A DNA stretch of 63,943 nt, filler included, from Octopus bimaculoides (taxonomy: Eukaryota): NCBI RefSeq assembly GCF_001194135.2. It is 8 parts of 7 records of this genome, joined end to end, with 100 filler letters (N's around TTAATTAATTAA, not from the genome) between each part and the next. Parts side by side here need not be neighbours in the genome. Positions count along the whole stretch, not along the records: positions 46,753 to 52,512 come from NC_068992.1; positions 52,613 to 59,015 come from NC_068985.1; positions 59,116 to 62,745 come from NW_026351120.1; 5 more parts are not named here. One strand, given 5' to 3'. The notes under the pieces were generated by a model, which had not been told where the DNA came from, ran no database searches, and saw only the letters and a list, made by a program, of their open reading frames with translations. A program made the position numbers and the translations under genes. Shown here piece after piece: positions 50,538 through 62,733 of this stretch. The number at the start of each line of letters is the position of its first letter. The first letter of the stretch is position 1.

Positions 50538-51090
50538 CACACATGTATATCTATTATTTATATTATTATTATTAATATTATTACTATATATACCTTTGTA
50601 ATGGTACCATGAACTTAATCCTATTAGATTCCAAATCGTCGTTGACATATTGACCAACGATAACATTTCCGTATTTTATCCAATATTTTCTCTGAACTGG
50701 TTCCAGTAATCTCGATTCCAGACAATTATAGTCTATATTTTCTATATTCTTTCCATTCCACCTTCTTTGCTCGATATTGAGATAAAGATTCATAAATACA
50801 CGATATGATTTGTCTTGAGACCACTAAGATTTCTTTTTTTAAAAGAACTCGGTTTCAAGGTATCGTGTGTGTGTGCGTGTGCGTGTGCGTGTGTGTGTGT
50901 GCGTGTTATAATGATTATCCTCAAACAGCTTATTGCCAGTGATGTTGTTTCGCCTCAGGTCATCTCTGATTGGCCAGGCCTCTGATCAAGACTATACCAG
51001 ACGTTACGAAGAGTGACCACCTCGTTGGCTTTCTTTCCCTAGCTTATCGTATGCAGGACTACATTTCTCCATTTTGTTCTTCCTTTTTAT

Positions 51091-51486
51091 GTTGTTGTTG
51101 TTGTTGTTGGCACTCCGTCGTTTACGACGTCGAGGGTTCCAGATGATCCGATCAACGGAATAGCCTGCTCGTGAAATTAACGTGCAAGTGGCTGAGCACT
51201 CCACAGACACGTGTACTCTTAACGTAGTTCTCGGGGATATTCAGCGTGACACAGTGTGACAAAGCTGACCCTTTGAATTACAGGCACAACAGAAACAGGA
51301 AGAAAGAGTGAGAGAAAGTTGTGGTGAAAGAGTACAGCAGGGTTCACCACCATCCCCTGTCGGAGCCTCGTGGAGCTTTAGGTGTTTTCGCTCAACAAAC
51401 ACTCACAACGCCCGGTCTGGGAATCGAAACCGCGATTCTATGACCGCGAGTCCGCTGCCCTAACCACTGGGCCATTGCGCCTCTAC
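51091..51486 (-). mobile_element. Full-length tRNA-derived SINE (family D) with (AAC)n tail and 12-bp TSD
   Basis: Head GGCGCAATGGCCCAGTGGTTAGGGC...GGTTTCGATTCCC; TSD CTTCCTTTTTAT at 51079-51090 and 51487-51498. Confidence 0.93.
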
Positions 51487-51966
51487 CTTCCTTTTTATAA
51501 TAAGGCAGTAGCTGTGATATGAGGGTTATTTCGCTGCTATATTTGGCACATCAACAGTCTTGAAAAACTGTGTCCCCCATCCCTTCTTTGGATCATTCCC
51601 AAGCAGGTAAACAAACCCAATAGTGTAAATTAAATTAGTATATGAATTAGACCGTCTCATTGAACAAGAGGGGGGAAACAGAGGAGTGTTGGTTTCAAGT
51701 ATGTAGACCGTTGATTAAATATCTTTGAGTGAACACGGCTAGTGTTAATTAGGCAATTAACTTTATGTAAGCGTTGGGAGGGGTACGGGAGTTGAAATGA
51801 CAGGAGTAATTAAGGTTCTGTGTATGCATGTACAGCGTATGTGTGTGCGTGTGTGTGTGTGTGTTTCTAAAACTGCTTCGATGAAGGGGTTGGGTTGAGT
51901 GGAAATTTTGAGAGAGCGCGCCAAAGTAGTGGAGACCTTAAGTCTGTCTGTCTGCATGTGTGTGAG

Positions 51967-52417
51967 TGAGCGTGGTCTAATGGTTAGGGTGTTGTATTCA
52001 GGATCGCGTGGTCGTGGTTTCGATTACCGGGACGGGTGATGCGTTGTCCTTGACCAAAAACGGTTCGTTATATTTGGACACCGCACATGTGGTACACAGC
52101 GCACCTGTTCATGCAATGACCATATAACGGAAAGAGAGACCTAATGCACAGCACATTCATATGGTCATCACACACACAGCTCATATCTGTGTGGGTTGTT
52201 CAGGAAACTTCGCGGAACCCTGATCTGGAGTCTAGGACAATAGAGTCTATGATACAATGTGTGAGTGTTCGTAAGAACAAAAGCAGATATCTAGTTCGAT
52301 TTGTGGTTTCGAGATTAGTTCTACTGTGCGGCACTTTGGGTGACTTCTACTATAGCCACAGGCCTACTAATACCTTGGGAGAGAATTTGGTTGACGGAAA
52401 CAGTGCGGAACCACGCC

Positions 52418-52420
<3 letters not shown>
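51967..52420 (+). mobile_element. Degenerate SINE head (family B) and family A-type internal block
   Basis: GCGTGGTCTAATGGTTAGGG...GTGGTTTCGATT; CTTCTACTATAGCC...GTTGACGGAAAC at 52320-52420. Confidence 0.6.
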
Positions 52421-52462
<42 letters not shown>

Positions 52463-52612
52463 TATATATTTACACACACACACACACACATATATATATA
52501 CACACACACACANNNNNNNNNNNNNNNNNNNNNNNNNNNNNNNNNNNNNNNNNNNNTTAATTAATTAANNNNNNNNNNNNNNNNNNNNNNNNNNNNNNNN
52601 NNNNNNNNNNNN

Positions 52613-52962
52613 GAATTGTGGACACCCTATGCTATCCTTATCCGCTGGCCTACAGAAAAATCTATCTAAGTACGATCTAGACGACCCGATGCGATTAGTC
52701 CAAGTCCACATTAGCACATTCGGGTTGTCTAGTCGATACCTGTCGGACAGCTGAAAGCGTTTGAGCAGGTTGGCGAGGCTCTTGCATCCCCCTTTCCTAT
52801 TAGACGCTCCTGCACCCACCCTATCGATACGTTCGTCTAGGACAGCGTTCCAGTCCCCAACTAGCACTAAAGTGCGAGAAGTACCTAGGAAAACCTCCAG
52901 ACGTTTGAAATAATCCGACTGCCCTGCTCCTGTCGGAGCGTAGGCAGCCAGCAGTCTGAATA
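52613..52962 (-). pseudogene. L1/Tx1-clade LINE ORF2 AP-endonuclease fragment
   Basis: Open frame FRLLAAYAPTGAGQSDYFKRLEVFLGTSRTLVLVGDWNAVLD...WTWTNRIGSSRSYLDRFF (YAP, GDxN and LDR motifs); cut by an assembly linker. Confidence 0.9.
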
Positions 52963-53483
52963 ATAATACTAGTCTCTTTATTAATTCTCACTCTTGAACT
53001 GTATTTTCTTCTCTTATTATTCCCTATCTGAGAACCTCCCCAATTCCCCACTCTCATACACTTAGCACTCCACTTTTAATCATTCCATCTTTGAACTTAT
53101 TTCCTTTAACATCTCAAATGTAAGATCTCTTCCCTGAAGACGGAGCCTCGTCTCATCCTATTATGGAATCAATCTACAAATATTATCATGGACCACAGAG
53201 CCCCCAGAAACAGCTGTTGGATTTGTAATATTGTTCCTCAACCCCTTTAATACGCTATACATTTGTATTCTGTGTATGTCGGACCTTTTTATATGTATAC
53301 ATATATACATTTTAATACATATATACACACACATACATATATCACCAAATATGAAGTAATAAACAGTCGACAACTGAGGAGGAATTAGACTTCTTTTGGT
53401 ATTTTGTCGCGTACTTGTCTTTCGTTATATGTTTACGTATTTTTCACTCGTTGCTGATGTCCTGTGCCTATGTGTATGTATAT

Positions 53484-53536
<53 letters not shown>

Positions 53537-54016
53537 CACACACTTATTTTCTTTATAGGTGTACAGTAGATGTTCAGTTACTTTCTACCTTATTATTTCA
53601 CATAGACATAAGTCCAAACGCCAACTATTACTTAGATGTGAGGCCCTCTCAGTGAATAAACTTGGATAGACGAATTAAGATCTACCTTGTGATGTTAATG
53701 TGTCTCCTTTCCACAAATAGCACTTCCAGCTCCTTGCATTTTCTAACTCGTTCTGAACAGAGCACTCTACATAGTATTTTTACTGTCTCGATAAGATAGA
53801 ATTGTTTTACAGTCGTTGTGACAGAATGATATACTTTGACTAAACCTATAAAGTGGGTATTATAAAGAAAATAGGTGAGAAAAATGTAAGACAGAAACTT
53901 TTGCAGGAGATGGGTCTAAAAATTTGCGAGACGTTTTAGGCGTCGCTGATTCGGCGCTGAGTTATTTGACATCAGACATTTTCATGTTACTCCTCTTCTT
54001 CCCTTCTTTCTCAATT

Positions 54017-54069
<53 letters not shown>

Positions 54070-54962
54070 TCTCTCTCCCTCTCTCTCTCTCTCTCTCCAT
54101 CCCCCTCCCTCTCTCGCGCACACTTTATCTGTATGTATATATTTCTGAGCGCACACAGTGTGTATGTGTTTGCCTCCAGTACCAAAAGGTACTGCCACCA
54201 ATATAGGTTGAATGTCCTGCCAATCACATCAAACAGTCAGCGTCCAGATAACCTCACCCAGTCATCTTATTTCGCAGTGTATGTGTGTGTGTGTGAATAT
54301 ATGTACATACACTTACATATATTTATATGTATGTCTGTGTGCGAGCATGTACGTGTGCGTGTGTAAGCGCGTATATATACTCGCATAAATAATATACATA
54401 TATATATTCATACATATGCATGTTTGTGGGTATGCGTTTGTCCATCTGTTTCTGACAACGTGTGTTTGTGCACCACACACATACACATACACCCATGCAT
54501 ACATGCATACATACATACATAAATGCATACATATATACATACATACATACATACATACATATGCTCACACACACACTCACACACACACACACGCGCATGT
54601 ATAAAGCCACAGGTACAATATAACACACACACACAGACGCGAACACAAGCGGAAACGTAGATGTGAGTATAAATATGTATGTGTGTGAATGCATGTATAT
54701 ATGCACTCGTACGAATATACATGCGTGAATGTATACATGTGCATGCATTGATGTGTATGCGTGAATGAATGCATGCACATGTAAGCATGTGTACGTGTGA
54801 ATGTGTGCATGTGTGTACGTGTGTGCATGTGTGAGGATGTACGATATGAATAAGGAATTGAGAAATAGTTAAATGATTGTCCTTTGTTGCTTTTCTTTTT
54901 TTATTCTAATCCCATGTTCTTGTCTGTCTTTCTATCTTTTTCTTTCATTCTTTCTCAATCTC

Positions 54963-55004
<42 letters not shown>

Positions 55005-55186
55005 CACACACACATTCTTTCTCTCTCCCTTCCCTTTCTTCCTACCCTTCTCCCTCTATCTCCCCTCTTCCTCTTAGAGTTGCACAAAAACTCTTACAAT
55101 CACACATGTATAAAGGCATCTGCTATCAACACTATACACATATACATATTAGACACACGTTCCTACATACATACAACATACATACA

Positions 55187-55262
55187 TACCGCTAGGTTTC
55201 GGGGACATAAACACATCAATATGAGTTTCAAGCGATGGTGGGGAGACAAACACAGACACAAA
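55187..55262 (-). mobile_element. SINE family A internal fragment
   Basis: CCGCTAGGTTTCGGGGACATAAACACA...CAAGCGATGGTGGGG. Confidence 0.65.
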
Positions 55263-55394
55263 GGCACACACACACACACACACACACACACACNNNNNNN
55301 NNNNNNNNNNNNNNNNNNNNNNNNNNNNNNNNNNNNNNNNNNNNNNNNNNNNNNNNNNNNNNNNNNNNNNNNNNNNNNNNNNNNNNNNNNNNNC

Positions 55395-55630
55395 CTGGCC
55401 AGATACAAAGGTATCCGTCACTATGCCTCTTACACGCGTCTTCTATACTGTTTCTTTCGGTATGGCTACTACGCAGGAAAAGCAAGCCTTCCTTTCCTTG
55501 TTGAGAGAAGGAGGCGGCACAATCTCGATGATAGATTCAGCTGATAGCTGTACTCTTTCCATCGATGACAACAGTTGTTCTGCGAAAACTATCAGTCTCG
55601 TTAATTCCGGACATTCCACGAATTCGTGTA
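55395..55630 (-). pseudogene. L1/Tx1-clade LINE ORF2 C-terminal fragment (end of CCHC region)
   Basis: HEFVECPELTRLIVFAEQLLSSMERVQLSAESIIEIVPPPSL...KETV*KTRVRGIVTDTFVSGQ; HxFxxC is the tail of the L1-type zinc knuckle. Confidence 0.65.
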
Positions 55631-57274
55631 AGCAAGCTACTCACCACACAACCACTCGTATATATGTATATATTTACATTTATATATAAATGCATATATA
55701 TATGTTTATATACCCACATATGTGTACATATATACATAACTATGTATCCATGAATATTTGATATCTCCATTTAATCGATCAAACAATACACCAACTTGAA
55801 ATAAACCGCTCTCCTCGGACACATACGATAGATTTCCAACATATAGGATACTCCATAACAATTTTTTAGCACATTTTTCATCAGTACTAGAGACTAAAAT
55901 AATTACATTGCTTCTTTTTGCTATTATTGTAGCAAATTGAAGTTTAGGGAAGAAATACCTAAAGCCTACTATAATTTAGAGCGGCAGAAGAAAATAATGG
56001 GGAGTCAAGAAAGAGGACTGGTGATATACATGCATCTTTATACTTATCTCATTCAAAAGACTCCATGTAGCAAGTAGGCTATATCCCCTTAGAATTAAAA
56101 CCATTGGGAATTGACAGTTAAGTTCTTGCTGTTAGTGATAATCAGTTAGTGTCAGATACTCTTCTCTATCCTTATTTTACTGTGACCATAAAATCAGTCA
56201 TATCTACATAAAAGAATATGTCCAAGAAGATGCTAGCAAGATAGTGATATATAGGGACGAGAAGATAACCAGAAAGAGGAAGGGCAGGGGTGATTTAACA
56301 TATAATCAGCTAAAAGGTGCCTAAAATGGGAAACAAAGGAGGTTACAAAGAGATCTAAGTATGGGAAAGAAAGACAGATAAAGCAATCTGAGCCTTAAAA
56401 GTGGGGGACTTTTATATAAAATAGAAACCTTATAATGCTTCTTCCTAGCATAATGTTAAGGTGGTCATGATAAAACTATTCGACAATGAACCTATAATTA
56501 AATTGAGGTATCATCCAAGTAGGGACACACATTTTCTATTTAGCCAAAGGGCTAAAAAATAAGATAAATATTTCTACAACAGGTAAACGTATTTAAAAAC
56601 CTTGGAAAAATATATTTATATAAAAATTACCAAAATTATGAAAAAATCTGAAAGGATGCAAAAAGGTATAAAAATATCACATATATATATACATAAAAAT
56701 ATCATATGTGTGTGTGTGTGTGTGTGTGTGTTAAATATATAGTGCAATTATAAAATATAAATATAAATAAATAAATATAAATACCAAATTGTATTATATT
56801 ATACCATGATTACTATTGAGAGAAGTTGAAAACTCCTTCGCAGTTTATAGAAATTACACCAGTATATATGACGGTATATAGATATGCAAAATACAATAAT
56901 ATAAGATACAATAATAAATAAAGTAAAATATAAATGAATAAAAGGAAAAAATATTTGTAAAAATTTTAATAAAGGATTTACAGACACAGATGTGTATAGA
57001 ATCATAACATTTCCTAGGGGGTATATAATATACTTAAGGGAGCCGTAAGATCTGGTACTCCATTGTAAATATACTTATTATGACTGATAGAGAAAAAAGT
57101 CTTTGAACCGAAGGGGAAATAATGTAATCTAAGTATAGAAGGAATGCAGAATAAACAGGTAGGGGTTATAAGAGGGAAATATTACGTTAATTCCATACAA
57201 TAGAGGGTATGTTATAAAAGATATGACACCCCAGATAATTTTTGCCACAAAATCATAGTATGATATATATAATA

Positions 57275-57714
57275 TTATTTGTTTCTAAAATATTTGAAGG
57301 TACGGGTGATCCTATGCACACAAGACACTCTAAGGTCTAATTTATTATTAGTTATGTTATTCTTACCTCTATACTTAAATATTTCGTAAATTTCCATACA
57401 ACATAGCTTCGCATTCATATCGGCTATCGTTGTATGGCTGAGCTTCCCGTACTATATCCCACTTAAGGATAAATTTACTATTGCTATCCTCAAGTTCCCA
57501 GAATTTGCTAGATAATGATGTACTGTTAGATTTATGTCTAAGTCTAAAGGAGTAAAGATGGTTATTAAGGCACTTCTCCATATTTATCGTGCATCTGATG
57601 TAAATAAAGTTATTAGTTTCAGTCATTACTATACATTTGTAAACAACACTTTGGGCTAAACAACGATGTAATAACGAGCATTGGGATCTTACCCTACAAT
57701 TACAGTTGGGGATA

Positions 57715-57715
<1 letters not shown>
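57275..57715 (-). pseudogene. Penelope-like element GIY-YIG endonuclease C-terminus
   Basis: CNCR...C...CLAQSVVYKC...FIYIRCT...LNNH..SFR....NSTSLSSKFWEL....FILKWDIVREAQPY, then after a frameshift YEIFKY...SCVHR...K* (stop at 57275-57277). Confidence 0.88.
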
Positions 57716-57763
<48 letters not shown>

Positions 57764-57769
57764 CATCAC

Positions 57770-57808
<39 letters not shown>

Positions 57809-57843
57809 TATCATCATCATCATCATTATCATCATCATCATCA

Positions 57844-57910
<67 letters not shown>

Positions 57911-57925
57911 CACCATCATCATCAC

Positions 57926-57976
<51 letters not shown>

Positions 57977-57982
57977 TATTAT

Positions 57983-58032
<50 letters not shown>
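57716..58032. repeat. Compound (ATT)/(ATC)/(ACT) array
   Basis: Directly visible; source of the poly-I/M/S ORFs. Confidence 0.96.
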
Positions 58033-58577
58033 AGTGAGAGAGCGGTGCATACCATCAAAATGACACTGGGATAATATATACGAAGCCCGTATACCCATCA
58101 TGACTACCGCCTGATAAGGGTACACCAGGTACATGCATCACGACCATATATGCGCAACATAGTGATCTCATATCAAGATAAACAGCGCATGACCTTGCAG
58201 GTGGGGTCCAGTTAGAATTTTCCTCGGGTCGAGTAGCCCATCCTGCTCAAAAGGTCCCTGAATAAGGGTTGTTTAAGGATGTTGAACGAAACACCCATGT
58301 TTCCAAAGGTGAATTATCCAAACCCCCAAATTCGTCTCAACACATTGCTATGATGCTCTTCCGCTACTTATGCTCAGAGATGTACATATCATCAGCTACT
58401 AAGGGACATGCTCAACTAGTTAAGGTCAAACAACTGACAGGCAAATCTGTTGTACTGAGAAGAATATTTGTTGTAGCCCATCTTTTATACCAAAACAAAA
58501 CAATGTACATGATGACACTTCTAATCAGTTAAGAACAGAAGCCATGAGAGCCACTCCTTGGTACTGCATCAGGGCAT
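58033..58577 (-). mobile_element. ~540-bp dispersed repeat, copy 2
   Basis: Colinear with 36224-36757. Confidence 0.88.
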
Positions 58578-58595
58578 TATTATCATTCATTAGTT

Positions 58596-58956
58596 TTATT
58601 TTTATAGCGTGCTTTCATTTCACTACCGAGCGCAGCTCTGTGTGCCTTGGGTATGTGCTGTGGTTTGCTGTGATGCGCTTATGGTTACTGTATTGAAAGT
58701 GTTTTGCGTAGAATGTGTGCAGTAGTGCAATTTTCTGTATGTTATATATATTTGTAAGTCCTGGTGTTTTTGTTATGTATTTGTCTGAATATTTTTTTAT
58801 CATACCTAAGGTGCCTACTATGATTGGAATTGTTTCTGTTTTGAGATACCACATTCAAGTTACTTCTATTTCCAGGTCTTTGTATTTTGAAAGTTTCTCC
58901 ATTTCTTTTAGGGAAATGTTGTCATCTGCTGGTATTGATACATCAATTAGAAAGCA
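58596..58956 (-). mobile_element. R4/Dong-like RLE retrotransposon 3' end next to (TAA)n
   Basis: CFLIDVSIPADDNISLKEMEKLSKYKDLEIEVT*MWYLKTETIPIIVGTLG...IQKIALL-TAHILRKTLSIQ* (stop at 58685-58687); TTA repeats at both ends. Confidence 0.88.
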
Positions 58957-59114
58957 TTTATTATTATTATTATTTTATGTTTAACTTTTGTTTTGCATTT
59001 GTACAAGTTGGATCCNNNNNNNNNNNNNNNNNNNNNNNNNNNNNNNNNNNNNNNNNNNNTTAATTAATTAANNNNNNNNNNNNNNNNNNNNNNNNNNNNN
59101 NNNNNNNNNNNNNN

Positions 59115-59260
59115 NGGGTTCAAATTCCGCCCAGGTCTACTTTGCCTTTTATCATTTCGGGGTCCATAAATTAAGTACCAGTTACGTACTGGAGTCGATG
59201 TAATTCGACTCAATCCCTTTGTCTGTCCTTGTTTGTCCCCTCTATGGGCAATAAAGAAAT

Positions 59261-59263
<3 letters not shown>
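59115..59263 (+). mobile_element. SINE family C with GGGCAATAAAG tail
   Basis: B-box GGGTTCAAATTCC, central domain, and a tail matching 46338-46652. Confidence 0.85.
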
Positions 59264-59293
<30 letters not shown>

Positions 59294-60119
59294 GCACATA
59301 TGAGCTAAGGATTGTTGCTAGACCTAGCAGAAATTGGGATCAAGTCTCCCTGAAAGCACACCTGACAGTTTTATGGTGTTATATATGTGTGTAGGAGCCA
59401 ACAGAGACATCTAGATTTGTTAGAAATAGCAACCAAATCTCCTTCAAATAACACCCTACTCTCTTATGTATGTATACATCTCTTTATGAGGAAGTGTGAG
59501 ATTCCTAAAAGGCAGATAGACCTGTTAGAAATAGCAACCAATAAACAACTGCAACATCAGAAATAACGACAAATACAACAACAACAACAAGAACACAGTC
59601 AGCAACCAAACCAATAACAAAAACAACAATAACAACAGCAGAAATAACGAAACTAACTTTTCATCTATAAACAAAATTAAGAAAAAATGAATAAAATAAT
59701 ATAAAATAAATTCTAGTGTAAACAACAACAAAAAAAAACAATGGACAAAAAACGTTCTTTTACTTGAAGATCAGATTTTGGGGCCAGGGGTGGGTAAGGG
59801 GGCGAACCTTAACCTATTTCTAACTCTTTGTTTATGCATTTTGTTTGTTTGTTGGTTTGATAGTTGTTTTTCTTCGTTTTTCTAGCTTTCATAATGGAAT
59901 AACTGACAGATAGACAGCCAGTAGCAAGACTGATAACAGGAAATGACCGTTGGATACGTTTGAAAAGGTCATACTAGCACAAAATCAACCGCGGCGATGG
60001 AAAATGCTATTTCTGCAATGCTGTGGCAGCTTATGTCGGATCTAGTTCTTTTGCTTTTTGTTTCTTGCCTTTTGTCTTTGTTTTAATTTACGTTAACACT
60101 TATTTGTTTCTTTCTATAG

Positions 60120-60187
60120 TTCATCATCACCATCTTCTTCTTCTTCTTCTTCTTCTTCTTCTTCTTCTTCTTCTTCTTCTATTTCTT

Positions 60188-60247
<60 letters not shown>

Positions 60248-60299
60248 TTTCTTCTATTTCTTCTTCTTTTTCTTCTTCTTCTTCTTCTTATTATTATTA

Positions 60300-60343
<44 letters not shown>
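60120..60343. repeat. Compound (CTT)/(CTA)/(TTA) array
   Basis: Directly visible. Confidence 0.95.
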
Positions 60344-60740
60344 GAGTGAGAGAGCAGTTCATGCCATCAAAGTGACACAGGGGTAAAATATACGAAACCC
60401 CGTCTGATAAGGGTACACCAGGTACATGCATCACAACCATATTTGCGCAACATGGTGATCTCATATCAAGATAAACAGCGCACGACTTTGCAGGTGGGGC
60501 CTAGTTAGAATTTTATTCAGGTCGAGTAGACCATTCCGCTCAAAAGGTCCCTGAATGAGGGTTGTTTAAGGATGTTGAACGAAACAGCCAATGTTTCCAG
60601 AGGTGAATTATTCAAACTCCAAAGAATTCCTCTCAACACATGGCTATGATGCTCCCCCACTACTTCTGCTCATGATCAGAGATGCACATATCGTCAGCCA
60701 CCAAGGGACATACTCAACTAGTTAAGGTCAAACAACTGAC
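60344..60740 (-). mobile_element. ~540-bp dispersed repeat, copy 3 (truncated)
   Basis: Colinear with 58033-58440. Confidence 0.88.
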
Positions 60741-60742
60741 CT

Positions 60743-60806
<64 letters not shown>

Positions 60807-60958
60807 GCAGAAACAGACACAGAAACAAACACACACACATGTACACGCACATATAAATTTCAATATATATATATATACACGCATACATACATACACACAA
60901 ACACATTCATACATATGTATTGACACGCGTATAAATAAAAACATATTTAACTATACAA

Positions 60959-61005
<47 letters not shown>

Positions 61006-62459
61006 NNNNNNNNNNNNNNNNNNNNNNNNNNNNNNNNNNNNNNNNNNNNNNNNNNNNNNNNNNNNNNNNNNNNNNNNNNNNNNNNNNNNNNNNNNNNNNN
61101 NNNNNNNNNNNNNNNNNNNNNNNNNNNNNNNNNNNNNNNNNNNNNNNNNNNNNNNNNNNNNNNNNNNNNNNNNNNNNNNNNNNNNNNNNNNNNNNNNNNN
61201 NNNNNNNNNNNNNNNNNNNNNNNNNNNNNNNNNNNNNNNNNNNNNNNNNNNNNNNNNNNNNNNNNNNNNNNNNNNNNNNNNNNNNNNNNNNNNNNNNNNN
61301 NNNNNNNNNNNNNNNNNNNNNNNNNNNNNNNNNNNNNNNNNNNNNNNNNNNNNNNNNNNNNNNNNNNNNNNNNNNNNNNNNNNNNNNNNNNNNNNNNNNN
61401 NNNNNNNNNNNNNNNNNNNNNNNNNNNNNNNNNNNNNNNNNNNNNNNNNNNNNNNNNNNNNNNNNNNNNNNNNNNNNNNNNNNNNNNNNNNNNNNNNNNN
61501 NNNNNNNNNNNNNNNNNNNNNNNNNNNNNNNNNNNNNNNNNNNNNNNNNNNNNNNNNNNNNNNNNNNNNNNNNNNNNNNNNNNNNNNNNNNNNNNNNNNN
61601 NNNNNNNNNNNNNNNNNNNNNNNNNNNNNNNNNNNNNNNNNNNNNNNNNNNNNNNNNNNNNNNNNNNNNNNNNNNNNNNNNNNNNNNNNNNNNNNNNNNN
61701 NNNNNNNNNNNNNNNNNNNNNNNNNNNNNNNNNNNNNNNNNNNNNNNNNNNNNNNNNNNNNNNNNNNNNNNNNNNNNNNNNNNTATATATATATATATAT
61801 ATATGCATGTGTATATGTATGTATGCATGTATGTAAGTATATATGTATGTATGTATGTAAACATACATAGCAGATAGATAGATAGGTAGATATAGATATA
61901 GATATATGCACACACAAATGTTCATATATGTGTAGACACGCGCACAAGTAAAAAGCATACATGTTCATGTAGTCATATACACATGATTATGTTTAAATGA
62001 AGAAGCGGTAGTCGGATGCGGGCTGGTTCAATGGAGAAAAATATAAATTTCTCTATAATTTTTTTTACAAATTTGGTTTAGGTATAGGCACCATATGTAG
62101 ACACATGCATACGTATGTGTAAGCGTAAAGAGACAAATGTGCAAAACATAATAACAATTTTCAATTATCTACAGAGGAGAAACAAAAATACATATATACA
62201 CCCATACTTTTATTTATGTCAGTATGCATGTATACACATACGTGCATATGTATAAACATATATATATTTATATATATGTATATGTATATATATATTTAAA
62301 TACACATATATATATAGGAATATATATATGTGTATGAAAACAAAGATATATACGCACTCATAGAAACACGCACACATACACACATACATACACACACATG
62401 GAAACACACACATACATAAACATATGTCAGTACATGGCTATATACGTGTCTTCGAACAT

Positions 62460-62630
62460 GTCACTTCCGGAAAGGGAACAGCAAAATGTCGGCCATTGAA
62501 AGTGTATGAAAATTTGTAGTCGACTTAATTCTCGTTAAAGTCGCGCCATTAATCGCTACTTGAACCATCAATACAGAATCAAGAATAAAAGCCATTACAT
62601 CACACCGCCTCTCCCCGCACCACCCCGGCA
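62460..62630. promoter_or_regulatory. Candidate promoter-like patch (ETS, YY1-like and GC-box-like motifs)
   Basis: CACTTCCGG at 62462-62470, AAAATGTCGGCCATT at 62483-62497, GTCGCGCCATT at 62540-62550, CCCCGCACCACCCCGG at about 62613-62628. Motif match only. Confidence 0.3.
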
Positions 62631-62700
62631 CGTTTAATTCCTTCTACTAAAGTGAAAACCCATCAAAACCATGTTTATATTTATTTATATATATGTATGT

Positions 62701-62733
<33 letters not shown>

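Noticed and set aside
50584-50793. 69-aa minus-strand ORF in non-repetitive sequence
   Set aside because: No recognisable motif; length is within chance expectation.
53130-53160. CTGAAGACGGAGC start of a Penelope-type motif
   Set aside because: No downstream GAAA or stem III; at most a truncated remnant.
52613-55630. The two Tx1 fragments as one disrupted element
   Set aside because: On the minus strand the C-terminal piece precedes the endonuclease piece, the reverse of ORF2 order, so they are separate insertions.
58255-58310. CTGAAT...GAAAC-ACCCAT-GTTT in the ~540-bp repeat as a hammerhead
   Set aside because: Core is not CTGANGA and no stem I forms in any of the three copies.
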